This document shows positions 1 through 14,896 of a stretch of 64,000 nt of DNA, piece after piece. Below the pieces are notes generated by a model. The model worked only from the letters and a program-made list of their open reading frames with translations, had not been told where the DNA came from and searched no databases. The position numbers and the translations under genes are program-made. This DNA is from Blastocystis sp. Blastoise (taxonomy: Eukaryota; Protista; Bigyra: Opalinata): assembly GCA_039096225.1 (NCBI GenBank), contig JBBPEB010000013.1, forward strand, positions 434,001 to 498,000, given 5' to 3'. The stretch's first letter is position 1. Each line of letters opens with the position of its first letter.

Positions 1-1236
1 ATTTGAACAATACCTTTGATTTCAGGATTTAATTTATGATCTTGATCTTTCATGAGTTAATGAAATTAATTAACAATTTTGGTTTAGAAAATGGAAATAA
101 TGACAAAAATGTGATATTTGACGTGTTTTCACCGACTTATATTGATTTTAGATTTTTCATACTGTTTTCTGAATAATGGAATATGTAATATATGTCATAG
201 GATACTAGAAAAGACAAAGAATCACTAATGATATTAAAGAATGCAATTCCTGTTGTTCTAAAGTTGATCTCATTATATTGGCAACTTTATAAAGCCATAT
301 GCAGTGAAGAAATTTTAAAACTCTTAAGACGATTACAGTCTATTATGTTTAAAAGGCGTTCATAAAGTATTTCTTTTTTAGTAATATAATATATGAAAGT
401 TATTTTGTCATTACCAAATAGAAAAATGGAAATAAATGATCAACAAGAGGAAATTAATTATATGAATTGTATTACATTTTTATAAAAAGCAATGTATACA
501 TGTACATGACTTCACACGGAATATAAATCGCATTTTTAAATAATTTTTATAAAAATAAATGAATAGAAGCGGTAAATGATTAAATTGTCTAGGTTTTTTA
601 GGGTTGATTTCATTTTTTGATTTTTTTTTATGTTGTTATTTACATATTTGTTATTTGGGCTTTAATTGTATACTTGATACTTCTTAAACAGTATAGTTAT
701 TTATTGTTGCATATATTAGCCAGTTATTTTCATAATTAAACTGATGACATCAACATTTTATCTTCTTCGAAGTTATAGAACATAAGTATAATATAGAGAA
801 AAACATTCCTGATTCTTTGGATTACTTATATGCAAAATATAAATAACAAAAGTGTGCATGTCTTCAAAGTCTTATCTTAAATTATATATTCTCCTTTATA
901 AATCTATGTTCTATCTATATAGATTAAAGAGTAAGAACACAAAAAATGATTATTAGTAAAGTATTTGACAATTATTGATAATTAACGCTTTTATTTTGAT
1001 GTTTAAATGAAATAACATTTTAAAAAGATAAGAATATATGAATAGAAAATTTGTGTTGAATAATAATTCTTATTAATACAATTATTATAAGTGAATGTTT
1101 TTATATATTTATAAAATTGAATTATATTTAAAACAAAACAATTATTAAAAAGGTTGATATCATTTTAATAGATAAATATAATTAACTAAAAGAAAACTAA
1201 CTAGTCAAAAAATAGAAAAAAAATTATATATAATAT

Positions 1237-4200
1237 TTATATTTGTTCTGTTGGTTTGGCATTATTATCTTCAGTAACAGTCTTTTTGTTAGAATTAGTT
1301 TTAGGCTTTGCAGACTTAGTGACATGTTTCACTTTATGATCAGCAAGTTTAGCCTTCTTTGGTTTTTGATTCTTCTTCATAACCATTACAAGAACTACAA
1401 CAATAATAATGATGACGATAATGATAATAACAACGATTATTATTATCATAGTTGTAGTCCAGAAGTTATAATTAATTACTGAAACATTATTAGAATCTGT
1501 AGAAACACTACTAACACTATTATAGTCACTGGATTTCAATTGAAGAGTTGACAATAAATGACTATTAACATATGTAATAGCATCAGTTCTAAGTACTTCA
1601 CTATCAGTCTCTTCACTTTCAATACGTATGTTAACAATAGCAGCATCAATATAAAAAGAAGTAGATTGAATAGACTCAATATAAGCAACAGTATTAGTAT
1701 ATGCTAATGAAGCTAAATATTCATTAATTGAAGTTTGTAAAGCATTAATTTGTTTTCCATCAAAGAATGTAGATGAAATACCAGAGAAAGTAATTGGTAT
1801 TCTAATAAAAGAACGACCAGATATAGGAGTATCTTCTGCAGAAATAGTATAACAAGAAGAACTATCTATGCTTTGCCAGATACCAGTATTTCCATTACGA
1901 ACACATTGACGAGAACGAGAAGTTGTTATGCTATTTTCACATAATAAATAAGAAGTTGTATCTACTTCAGTTTCAGGCCATATATCCTCAGATGCGCAAG
2001 TACGAGGAATAACAGTGATTGAAATATTTATACTCGAACTCTTATCGCTATTGGCGGCAGTTAATGAATAATTAGTAGCTGATTGACTAACTAAAGGATA
2101 TCCATTGATAGCTCCAGAGAGTGAATCAATATAGAGTCCACTTGGAAGAGTAGGAGTAATTGACCAAGAACTGACATAATTCATAGCAGTAGGAAGTATT
2201 GATACGATCTCATTTTTATATAAGGAATAAGAGAGAGTATCTAAAGTAATCTCTGGAGCTTTATAAGTGCATGTATCAATAACTGATTGCCATATTCCTG
2301 TAGAACTACATTCTCTTGTCAATTGTCCTTCTTTTAAAGTATCGGTACAAGTACTTGTAGCAGTAGTACCAGCATTAGTAACAGACCAAACACCATCAGC
2401 AGCACAAGTACGAGAATTAATAGTAATAGAAACTGTTGCTTGACCGTTACCAGTAGGATTAGTAGCAGTAATAGTATAAGTAGTAGAAACTTGAATAGTA
2501 GTAGGAGTACCAGAGATAATACCAGTAGAACCATCTATAGTTAATCCATTAGGAAGATCAGGAGTAACAGTCCATGAAGATACATATTGTTGAGTAATAG
2601 GAGTAATAGTAGATGATTCAGATGTATATAGAGTGACACTTGATGGAGTAATAGTAACAGTAGGAATAATATAAGTACAGCCATCAACAAGAGCTTCCCA
2701 AACACCTGTAGCACCACATAATCTAGTGATTTGTCCTTCTTTTTGAGAATCAGTACAAGGAGAAGTAGCAGTAACACCAGCATCTGTTGTAGACCAAACA
2801 CCATCAGCAGCACAAGTACGAGAATTAATAGTAATAGAAACTGTTGCTTGACCATTACCAGTAGGATTAGAAGCAGTAATAGTATAAGCAGTAGCTACTT
2901 GAATAGTAGTAGGAGTACCAATAATAATACCAGTAGAACTATCAATAGTGAATCCATTAGGAAGATCAGGAGTAACACTCCATGAAGTAACAAATTGTTG
3001 AGTAACAGGAGTAATTATGACTTGTTCATTAATATAAGCAATAATAGTTGAAGGATTAATAGTAACAGTAGGAATAATATAAATACAACTATCAATAATA
3101 TTTTCCCAAACACCAGTAGCAGCACATAATCTAGTGATTTGTCCTTCTTTTTGAGAATCATTACATGAAGTTATTGCAGTAACACCAGCATTAGTAGCAG
3201 GCCAAACACCATCGAGAGGACATTGAATAGCTGAAGGAGTACTAATAATAAGAGTAATAGTAGTAGTAACAGGAGTAGTACTAGTAGTTGGAATAGCCGA
3301 TATAGTAAAGAGAGTAGAGTCTAAAGTAACAGTGGAAGATCCAGTAATAGTACCAGTAGTAGTATCAAGGAGTATACCTTCAGGAAGAGATGGAGTAATA
3401 GTCCAAGTGGTAACAGTACCTCCAGTAACAGTAGGAATAGCAGAAATAGCAATATTTGTATTGACAGATATAGTATTAGGACTATAAGCAATAGTAACAA
3501 CAGCAGGTACAACAACATTTTCAATAACAATAGAAAGTGAAGTAGACACAGAAATAGATCCTGAAGTAGCAGTGATAGTATATTGAATAGAATCTTGAGG
3601 AACAGAAGGAGTACCTGAAATACCACAAGTAGTAGTATCTAATACTAATCCAGTAGGAAGAGAAGGAGAAGAAGTACAAGTATAACCAGTTATATCAGTA
3701 AGTGTAGCAACAAGAGGAGTAATAGCAGTATTGATAGTGAATGTATAAAGAGAATTAGGATAAGTAAAAGTAGGTACTGCTGCACATAAAGAAGTATCTT
3801 CTGCACCAAAGATACCATCTGTACAAAGTGTTTTCTTTTTATTATCAGTACCATCATTACATGATTTATAAGCATATTCACCATTAGCAGTAGCGGAATA
3901 ACCATTAGAAGCAGAACAAAGACCATCTAATTTCTTAAGACTAAAAGAAATTTCTGATAATTGCATATCACTATTAGAACATCCAGAAGGATCTCCAGAA
4001 ATAGCAGGATTGGCGCATTCAGTAGAAGTAACTCTATAACGATTATAAGCTTGAGTAGGAATGAAATCGAATGATTTAGTTTGTTTATAAGCAGTAAATA
4101 CTTGATTTTCAGCAGTATGAAGAAGTGTCCAAGTGGAACCATTATCATTGGAACCTTCTAATATCCAACCAGAAGGATGTCTGACATTACAATCATTAGC

Positions 4201-7200
4201 ATTCGTAACACTATAAGAATCAATATATCCTTTTTGACTACTACTATATGTCCAAGAAGCCCAAGCACCTACGCACATTCCAGGAGATAACCATTTAGTA
4301 TCAACTGAACCATCAAATACTTTAGCTATATTCTCTGTAGTACTTCCATTTTCATTAGCACCATCACTAACACCATTGATAACCATATTAACAGTATCAG
4401 AAGAGAAAGATGCAGAAGCACTGAAATAAGATTCAGTTAAATCTATAGAACCTTTATGAGTTTCAATAGCTAATACATTTTGACCTTCTACAAGATAAAC
4501 ATCAATGAATTGAAGAGGGAATATTTCTGAAATAGTTTCTACACTAACATAATCAGAAGTAGCTGTAGTAGTTGAAGTAATAGTACCTTCAGGCATATTA
4601 TATCGTTTAATTTCCATTCCATTTATATATACAACAGCCCCAGCCATTAATTTCTTATTTAAAGTAAAACTGATAAAATTATTAATATCTGTAACCGAGA
4701 ATATCGTTCTATAATATTGAGTAATACCAACAGGAGCAGTAAACATATCAATAGTACCTGAAGACCACTCAGAATTGGTATAAGACAATGTAGTCCAAGA
4801 AGAATCTGTAGGAGCAGGAATAGTATTACTATTTAAATATGTCCAAGTAATAGAAGAAGCAGAAGATAAAATATTAATATTAAAAGCAACAGTCTTAGGT
4901 GCTTGATTTGTAGTGAGACCTGAACTGACTATTTGAGTATTATCATTATAAAGAACAGCAATAGTAGCAGTACCCCAACCATCATTAGCTTCATCTAATA
5001 AAAGAAGATAATAACTACCTTGAGGTTTACAATAACTGTAATAAGTAGTAGAATAATTAGGGAAATAACTTCTAGAATCAATTAATGTATTTGTAGTACC
5101 ATCTCTTAATTCAAATCCCATTTGATCACCACTATTAGAAGCTGCATTAGTGACTTGTACTTTAAATATAGTATTAGGATATGAACAACCAGATATAGTA
5201 ATAGAAATAGTAGTAGTAGAAGCAATTCCTTGAAGATTATAAGCTTGTACAGTATACTGAGTAGTAGAAGAGTAAATAGTAGGTATACCATAAATATAAC
5301 CACTATTACTATCTATATAGATTCCATTTGGAAGAGCAGTACCAATAATACTAAAACTATGATAGTTAGCAACAGGAGTAATAGTAGAGAGATCTGCATC
5401 TTTATAGCCAACAATAGTATTTGGAGTATAACTAAGTGGAGATGCGATAATAGTACTGAAGTCAACAGCTAATAATTGTATTTCAGCAAGTGCATTTGAT
5501 GCCGTTACTCCATAACCAACATTCTTGGAGATAATAATATTATACGAATGATAGGATTCAGTATGAGCATTCATATAGAAACATTGTCGTTGAGTTCTAG
5601 CTCTCCACATAACATTGGATTCAGATCCTAAAAGAGTACAAACATCATTATTACAACCTTGAATAATCCAATCAGAAGGATCAGCATTAGGAACATCATA
5701 ATTACTAATAAAACAATATTTATTAATATAAGAGTATTGAGCAGCATTAGAATAAGAAATAGTAATAGTGAATGGATCAAAAGAAGAAGATGAAGCATCA
5801 TAAATCCATCTAGTTGAATACTTATTATCAATAAGATATGCAGGTCCTTCACCACTTCTAGAAGGGCCAGTAGCCGTCATTTCCCATGTTTGACTTTGAG
5901 TAGAAGAAGAAGATTCTAATCTTAAAGAGAAATCAAAAGAAACTTCTACAGGTAAAGTAACTCCATCAGGATATACTTGAGCAATACTAATAGTATTAGT
6001 ACCTATATTAATGCTACTAATATCAATTGTTGTTTGACGAGTGAGTAACTCAGTAGAAGTCGTTGTAGGAATAGTAGTTGTAGTAATATCACCAGTAGGA
6101 AGACCATGTCTATATACTTCATTATCATTAATATAAACAACAACAGGTTCAGCAGCTTTAATACGAAGTTCAGCCATATGCATATCAGTTTTAGAAGTCA
6201 CAGTGAATGTATATCTAAAGAATTGAGTACGAACAGGAGAAGTAGGTCTAGTTTCAAGAGCAAGACAAGGTGTCCAATTAGTATCAGGAGTATAGGCAGT
6301 AGTATACCAGTTAGTAGGAAGTGCTGTATCAATAGTATAACAAAGAACATTAGGATTATGACGTTCAATTAAATATTGAAGATTTAATTTTGATGTTGAA
6401 ATAGCATTCTCCACAAGAGTATCTTTAAATATAGTATAGGAATCATAGGCTTCTACTAATTTAATAGTTAAAGAAGAAGAAGAATGCCAAGCATCAGAAT
6501 CAATATCTTTCATTTCTAAAGTATATAGAGCAGCAGGTAAGCATATATCAAATGTTCTGTCACCTCCTTCTAATCCAGTAGCTGTGAATTTAATATTATT
6601 ATTAGAATCATAAATAGTTACTATTTCAGACCATGGAGTTTGACCATCAGATGCTTTTATTACTTGTATATGTATATTATTAAGTCCATCACATTCAATT
6701 ATAGTAATAGAGAGTGTGCAAGTGACAGTTTGACTAGTAATAGCATCAACAGCAGTAATTACAAAAGAGCCAGTATAAGCAACAGTAGGAGTACCATAGA
6801 TTTCACCTGTAGTAGGATTGAAAGTAAGACCTTCAGGAAGAGTAGTAGGAGAAGTAAGAGTAAAAGTGTTTAAACCAGAAGAATGAGGAGATAAATAAAC
6901 ACTATCTAAGTCTTTATACCAAGTATAAGAAGCTTGTTCATAGACAAAATCAGTAATAATATCCGTATTACAAGCATAAAATTCAACTTCAGATAATTGA
7001 CAGTTATCTTCTCCCATAGAAGAAGTGATTTCTAATTTATACATATTATAAGCAACAGCATTAGAAGGAATTAGGAATGATTTTGTTTCTTTTCTAGCAG
7101 AGAAGATAACATGAGCGTTGATATCTAATAATATCCAAGAATTACCATTATCATTAGAACCAGATAAAGTGAAATCTTGAGGATCACGTGTAGCCATATC

Positions 7201-8323
7201 ATTAGCAGAAGTAATTTCATATTTACTAATCCATTCACGTCTATCATCATTAAATTTATATATAAGGGAAACAGGAAGAGGACCTACTAACCATTTAGTA
7301 TCTCTGTTATTATCAAAAGCTTTATCAGCACCTTCAGTACCTGTCTTTTCAGGTATACTGTAACCAGTACCTTCATGAGTACGTTTAGAACAAGTATCAT
7401 AAATAGGAATAAAGAAACCATCAAAAGAATCATCACCAGCAACAGTAGTAGCAGCAGGATGAACTTCAACAGCAATAACAGCTTGATTTGCTGCACTTAA
7501 ATATTTCTTAATAGAATGAGTAATTCTTCTATAAGCATAAGCTGTATCTTCATTAGTAGCAAGAGTAGTTCCCAAAACAGCATCATCATCCATATTTCTT
7601 CTGAATAATTCTTGACCATTTATATATACAATCATTCCTTCTTTAGCATTAATACCTAATTCAAAAGTAGCAAAATCAGTAAGATCAGGAAGAGTAATAG
7701 TAGTACGATAATAACGAGTAGTAGAAGCTATAGTAGTAGGAAAAGAACCACTAGAATAAGTAGACCAAGAAGTAACATCATAAGTAGATTGAGTCCAAGT
7801 AGAATCAGATTGAACAGCAGTCGAATATTTCCATTGAGAAGCTTTAGGAAGAGCATAAGAAGCTATAGAGTAATGTAAATAAATAAAATATATAAATATA
7901 TAATAAGAATGCTAAAAAGCATACGATAAATTTTCCAGTCAATGAAATTGCCTCTTTCAAGAGTATCTTCAAGAATGGTGATGCCATCAATGGAAATAGT
8001 TACAGAAGATCCAATTGTCCAACCTGAATTACCACCATCAGTAGCAATAAGAGTATGCATAACAGGATTCAAACAATATTCGTAAGTTTTGATCATATTG
8101 GCCATGTTGTTTCCATCAATTGTATATAAGAGATTTCCATCAGCATAAGAACCTTCATAAATCTTCAAACGTTCTTCTCTAGAAGTATCAGCATATGTTC
8201 TTACAAACTGAACAGCAATTTGGGGAGACACACAATCGATTGAAAAAGCTAAAATTATAATAAATAAGATAGCTAAATGGAAATACCTAATATTGAAAAG
8301 AATAGTAGAAGTATCAGTTTCAT
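1237..8323 (-). CDS. Large type-I membrane/surface protein (~2328 aa, 3 exons): signal peptide, repeated galactose-binding-like + F5/8-type-C (discoidin-like) + He_PIG putative-Ig modules, Cys-rich HRM-like/He_PIG repeats, C-terminal TM helix and Lys-rich tail
   Basis: Exons 8323-8287, 8248-7925 and 7862-1237 splice in frame via GT-AG introns, giving MKLILLLFFSILAFSIDC (signal peptide). Motifs: ANDMATRDPQDFTLSGSNDNG (F5/8-like), LPEGLTFNPTTGEIYGTPT (He_PIG), CPLDGVWPATNAG..C...GQITRLC..GVW (HRM-like), poly-Ile/Val TM followed by KKNQKPKK. Confidence 0.9.
2300..3220 (-). repeat. Intragenic tandem repeat, 408-bp (136-aa) HRM-like + He_PIG unit, about 2.3 copies at high nucleotide identity
   Basis: agcacaagtacgagaattaatagtaatagaaactgttgcttgacc at 2401 and 2809; atctagtgatttgtccttctttttgagaatc at 2721 and 3129 (both offsets 408). 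Confidence 0.9.
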
Positions 8324-10984
8324 TTTGAATATGAAAACAAATAAAATATGTAAAATACATAAATAAGAAAAAGTCGTGTTTCATAGATGTGTTTTTCTTA
8401 GTTACAGAATATTTATTGGTTATTTGGCAATATCTTAATTGTTTCATTCAAATATTGTGTGTTTTGAACATTCTTTTTGAGAATTCTTGGCAAAAAATAA
8501 CTGTATAGTCATTTTTTTCTAGAAAAAGAAACATAAAAGCAGGTTTCTATTGGATAATAATGCTATTTTGTTCAAATTAATGAAGTTTTGTGTTTCTATT
8601 CCAACCTCATATTGTATGACGAGCGTTTTGTGTTGAGATTAAATGTTTAATTGGGTTGTATATTAATTCCGTATTAGAAAAATACCAATAGAAAGATGTG
8701 TTTGTATATTACTAAAAATAGTTCTAAGTATAATGTAAGAAGTGTTTTATTATAGAAATATGCTTTCTATGCTAATCAATTTTCACTTAAACGTTTCACT
8801 TGCTGTTTCATCTAAACTAGTTAAGAATTTATTATAGATTTCTATTCATTGAAAAATGTTCAAATCGGAATGATCACAATTTATTGATTGCTATATTATT
8901 ATTCATGATTGCTACGCTTCCTAAAACTTATGACGCGAAATAGAGACAATGTAATAATGATTTTAGACCAATTAAAGTATTCATGGAGATGCTAACACTT
9001 AGTATTGTGTTCACATAGACATAAATTCATTATAAGTAAATGGAGAACATACAGAATACCAACAACAATTTATATTAGAATATGCGAAACAATAGCAGGA
9101 GAAAGAAATAACTAAAGAAAAAAAAAAGTATTAGCAATTATTTGAAGGCTAATAAATGTTTTCATCATCACTAATGAGCTGATGTAGATTCAGAGATACG
9201 AACAGGTTTCAAATCAGAAGAATATAAAGTTATTAGATAAGAAAATGTGATTTCTCAAAAGTATAATTGTAACCTTAATATACTAAGACGTCTCCATAGG
9301 AATCATAAATGAGATTATGATGAAGAATAAACCTAATTTAAACATAAAAATTTCATTTTCCAATAAATAATGAAGAACAATTTCTATATGAATAGTAGAC
9401 TATATATCAAGGCATTCTACGTATTAACATTCTATAATCTTTGCATTCTTAGCAATGAAAAATAGATCAGGACATAAATGATAACTTGTTTGGTACATAA
9501 ACTCATTTGTTTTGGTTTAATAATAATCAAATCGTTGACATCATTTTGATATATGCTTTAAATGTATTAAAATCACTTGAAAGAAATCAAATTGATTATA
9601 AAAAAGAAAATTCGTGATTATTTACTCAACATATGCTGATTTTTGTTCATTAATTGCGAATATAAGAAGGGTTTTATTAAAAAACAACAAATTGGAAATA
9701 TTTTTTTATGAACTGAGCAGGGTGTGCCAAAACTGCGCTTTAAGCGCAAAGTGCGCTTTTCGATGTTGTTTTTGCGCTTAAATCTTTTATTTCATTTTTC
9801 TTTTAATTTTTATAAATCTACATAGAATAAAACGTTTAATAATTTTTAGAGGATCGAGATAAGCTCAATAATGATGTTTTTGACATTTTACACGAGGTTT
9901 GTGTTTGTTGATGTAATTTGATTTGTTGTTGAATAAATAATAACCTTACACATATTATAATTAGAGAGCAAATTGAATTTTTTAGCATTTTTAGAATGTT
10001 AATCATGTAGTTATAATGATTGATTGTCTTTAAGTATTTAACAATTAGGAAAAAAGCGTGATTATGTGTAGATCTTAATAATATAGTAGTAGTAGAATCA
10101 TAATAGCAATACATGCTTCAAATTTTTACAAAACTTTGAATTCTTTTAAATTGGCTAAATACTGATTATTAGTGGTCAAAAAATTTTCAAACTCAGCTCA
10201 TCAAGACGCATTAATTTACACACTTTTCATGAAAAAAAGACCGGGTGACATAAAAAAGTAATTCATTCATTGACTATTATACTATGACATGACAGTTTTT
10301 AACTTAAAACATATTATTTTGATATATAATGTATAAATGTTTTGAAATAAGTCATCTAAGAAGATTTTTGTGACACATGTTGTGACAGATACATGACTTA
10401 AAAGTTCATAAGTCATCAAATAACAACAAGTATGATTCCTATATTTGACTATTTGTGTTAATTTGGGTGACAAATAAAAATTATTTTGTGACAAAAGTCA
10501 ATTGCTTAAGATATTCTTTTGTATATTATTTTAAAGACTTTTATTTATGTTTATAATGAAAAATAATGTCAATAAATACTAAAAAATATTATAAAAAATA
10601 ATAATGTAATTAAAAAGTTTTTATTTTTATAAAATATCATGAAGTAGTCTTGTAGGGACTGTACAGATACATCCTGACAAGTAATAAAAATTAAATAAAC
10701 GAAAAGCATATTAAAATATTATTTTTCAAAAATCAAACAAAAAACAATACAATGAACAAAAGCTGGATTTGAAAAAACAATACGTCCAACAAAATGATTT
10801 TTAATAGCCTTATAAAATGGTTTTAAAATGTATTTTATATGTAGAATAAGTCACACAACACATTTATAATATTTATATTATAAAATATATTGTTTTTATG
10901 TTTAAAAATAAAAAAATAAAAAAACGGTTAGTAGTCACTAGCTTTGCAATTATTATATGACTTGATGAAAAATATTATAAGGGA

Positions 10985-11054
10985 GTTGTTTGGTCAAATG
11001 GTCAGTGCGTATAAAATTTTTACATAGTGGACGGATCGAATCTTACGAGGAACT
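10985..11054 (+). pseudogene. Degenerate tRNA-like / SINE-head-like sequence
   Basis: A-box-like TGGTCAAATGG and B-box-like GGATCGAATC (11033) at tRNA spacing, followed by a T-run. Acceptor stem pairs poorly. Confidence 0.45.
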
Positions 11055-11347
11055 ATTTTTTTAAACTTTTTCTTTTGACTGCTATTTACAATGATTTTAT
11101 TTAAAATCAACTTTGTTTCATTTTTATTATCTGTAAACATTATTTACATCATTGATATCTGCTTTTTAGTTTAGAATCAACATATCAACAAACTTTTTTT
11201 TCAAAAAATAGTAATTATTGTTTAAAAACAATTCTAAGTATTTCTAGAATGTTATAAATGTAATAAAAGAGCATAAATATAATATTTGAAGATATCAAAT
11301 AATTTTAAACTTATTATATAGAACACATGAAAAAATAAAATTGAGAA

Positions 11348-11419
11348 ATCGGTTGGTATAGTTGACCAGCGCTGTAGCTATTATGGTAATTGTCGCTGGA
11401 TCGAATCTCGCAAGAGGCA
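11348..11419 (+). pseudogene. Second degenerate tRNA-like / SINE-head-like sequence
   Basis: A-box-like TGGTATAGTTGA and B-box-like GGATCGAATC (11398), followed by a T-run. Does not fold as a clean cloverleaf. Confidence 0.45.
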
Positions 11420-13008
11420 TTTTTATTTTTATTTCTTGGAAAAACATCTTTTTATGAAACTTGTTCTTTTATATATTTATTTTGATTATCTCTTGATACG
11501 ATCATTTATTTTGGTTTAATTTAATTAACTTAGTTTATCAAGAGTATTCGCCTTGAGTATTTATTTTAATTTTTATAATCTGCTTTACTTAATTACTTTC
11601 TTTCTTTAGGTATCAAGGCTTTTAGCTTTTAAACAACTCTTTATACTGTGAAATCAGGATCTATAGCATTCCAGATGGTTCAAATGGATCAACAAATATT
11701 TTTTGTATATAATTCGTTTCTTCATTTGTAATATTTATTTGATTTATCTTTATTTTATAGTGCAGGATGATCAGTATTTTTCAAGAGTATTTATTGTGCG
11801 TTATCTATAAGGTTTATTTAGTATTTATATTAATTATATTATAATTGCTTTTTATCATTATTATTTCATTGATTTATTTGTATATTAGTTTATTATAGTG
11901 ATCGTTATTTTCTTATTTATATTTAAAAGGAATATTATTTCATTTTTGATAACAAATTATATATATAGATATACGAGGTCAATACTTTAATTAAGTGTGG
12001 CATTCTTTCTATGTTTAGAATTATTTTATGGTCCTTTAATGTATAAAAATATTGATGAGTATATATTTATTATTATATTTATTAGTATATTTATTATAGT
12101 ATTTATGATATTTATGATTATGAAAATAATATATATATAGTTCAACTATAGAATTATTTCCAGTTGTTATCATTTATTATTTTATATATATATATATCAA
12201 CAATTAGTGAACAATAGATAAGGAAGCTATTCAATTATTAAGCCAATTAAATGATAAACGAGATTGTATATATATATTATTATTATATTTATTATATTAT
12301 ATATACTTATTATTATATATATATATAGGTTTATATATGGAGAATGAAGTTTATTGGTCAAAAATTATTCATTATATATATATAAATATTTTTGAAAGAG
12401 ATACTATTACGGATTCCTTACAACAACAAGAATAAGTATATATATATATTATTATTATTATTATTATATAGTTATTTTCAATATTATCTGAATTGATTCC
12501 TATAAATTAAAATAATTCTATGATTTTAGCTACTTTTGCATGTATATATATATATATTTGATTATTATACTTTATTTATATTATCTATATATTAATACTA
12601 TTTATATATATATGTATAGATATATATACATCATTATCTTCTGAGAGTCCTTACCTTTCATCCTCTCGCCTTCAGGCCCTTATCCCTACCCTCGCACCAC
12701 TTCTCGCCTCCCCTTTACATACACATCGTCTCCATGCACTTCGTATTCTAAAGAGCTTCCAACAACTTGATGTATATATATTATTTTATATAATAATAAT
12801 ATTAATAATAATAATAAATATATATATATATATAGTCGTCTTCAACCTATTGAAAGATCTACCTGTATATATATATCTTCATAATCATCATTATATATAT
12901 ATACATTCTTATAGTTACTTCTTATAAGTCCCTCACTGACGCACTCCTCCATCCCTCAAAGAACATTAAAGCACGTTATAATTCCTATACTATTAATTGT
13001 ATATCAAT

Positions 13009-13050
<42 letters not shown>

Positions 13051-14850
13051 GCTGATTTATTAATTGTTATGTATTCACGGGAATATGGTCATGTATCTAA
13101 TTTTTTTTCTTATTTATTACCTCGTATCCCTCTAAATGAGTATAAAACAGTAGCTATCTATGGACAATATATATGTATATAATAGTATATATAAGTATAT
13201 ATAATAGTATATATAATACATGAATAATATATATTCTGTGTATTTTCTGCTAATCTTCTTATTATATATGATCTATATATATATATATATGTATATAGAA
13301 ATACTGGTTTATTGACTGTGAAATTGGCGGGAAGTCTTGCTTTGATTCAATTCATCAATATTAAGCCACTTTTCAACAATATATATGCTCAATCAACTCT
13401 ACAGAATATGTCCGATATACATAATATATATATATATGTAGTTCTTATGTAACTAAAAATACATTAAATAAACTATATCAAAATGGAATAAAGACGAATT
13501 CTTATATATATAATCAGATACTAACAATGGACATGATATTAAGTTTAATTGAACAATCTAAAGTCAGATGGTATATATATATATATATATATTCTTTTTT
13601 AATCTATTTATCAATATATATATATTAGGACTCTATCTGAAGACTTATATGCTTCTTTTCCCTGTCTTTATATACATATATACAATTACCCCCTATCTAT
13701 ACACTTATTGATACTATGCATCAATTATACACAGATCCCCGCGGGGATCTGATGAGCAAAGAAAGTCAAGGCCGACTTCTTCTAGACAATCTTGATAAGT
13801 ATATTATATGTTATATACTATTATATATTATTATATCTTATTATTATTTATTATTATATACTATTATATTATAGGTATAAGAATAACAAAGATTACACTC
13901 AATTCTTTAACGATATTATAAGAATAGTATATAACTATATATAACTATATATAACTATATTTATAACTATATATAACTATATATATAGGTGAGTGATGGT
14001 ATTGCTCTTTATTCTCTACTCCGATTGGGTCTCAATTCTACATATATACCTACTCTTATTGATCTGTATATATATAACTAATATATATATAACTATATAT
14101 ATAACTATATAGGTATTTACAATTACCCTTTGATTTGATGATTTCCCGTGGGGTTGAGAATATTCATAGTCGTAATCTATTTGTAGATAGAATCAATGGA
14201 GAAGCTACTATGAAGTATATATATATATGTATAGTATTTTATATAACCATATATATCTATTTTTTCTCACTATATATACCTATATATACTTTTATATATA
14301 GTGCCATTATTAATTATTTATCGTTCAAAGCACGTCCTATATCTGACAAAACTGTTCTTCGAATTCTAAAGCAAAATATCAAAGTAGATCGTCGTATGTG
14401 GCGCATACTGTGACATTCTCTTATTTTTCTCTTTTTATACTCTATTATAATTACTTATTATTGTTATTCCACATATTATTATGCTTATTATTATATATAT
14501 TCTAGCTATATATTCCTATATTTATTCTAGCTATATATTCCCCTCTTTTCTAGTCATTTCTCCTTCTTACACTGGACATCCGTCAATACTTCACTTCCTC
14601 TTTCTCTCTCTTCTCATTCATTATGATTAATAACAATGAACCTCTCGTGACTTCCTTGGCGGCAACTATCGACGCGGGAACCAAATATAAGAATGTATAT
14701 CTATTACAAGAACAATTGAATAAAGATAATATACATGATTTATATGATAGTCCTGAATTCCTTAGATATCAAGTATATATATATAATATTATCTATTATT
14801 ACTATATTTATTACTATACATATTCTACATTTATTACTCTATATATATTA

Positions 14851-14896
<46 letters not shown>

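Noticed and set aside
201-364. Possible terminal exon (DTRKDKESLM...FKRRS*) of a gene entering from the left
   Set aside because: Short, no recognisable homology, and the upstream exons cannot be assembled.
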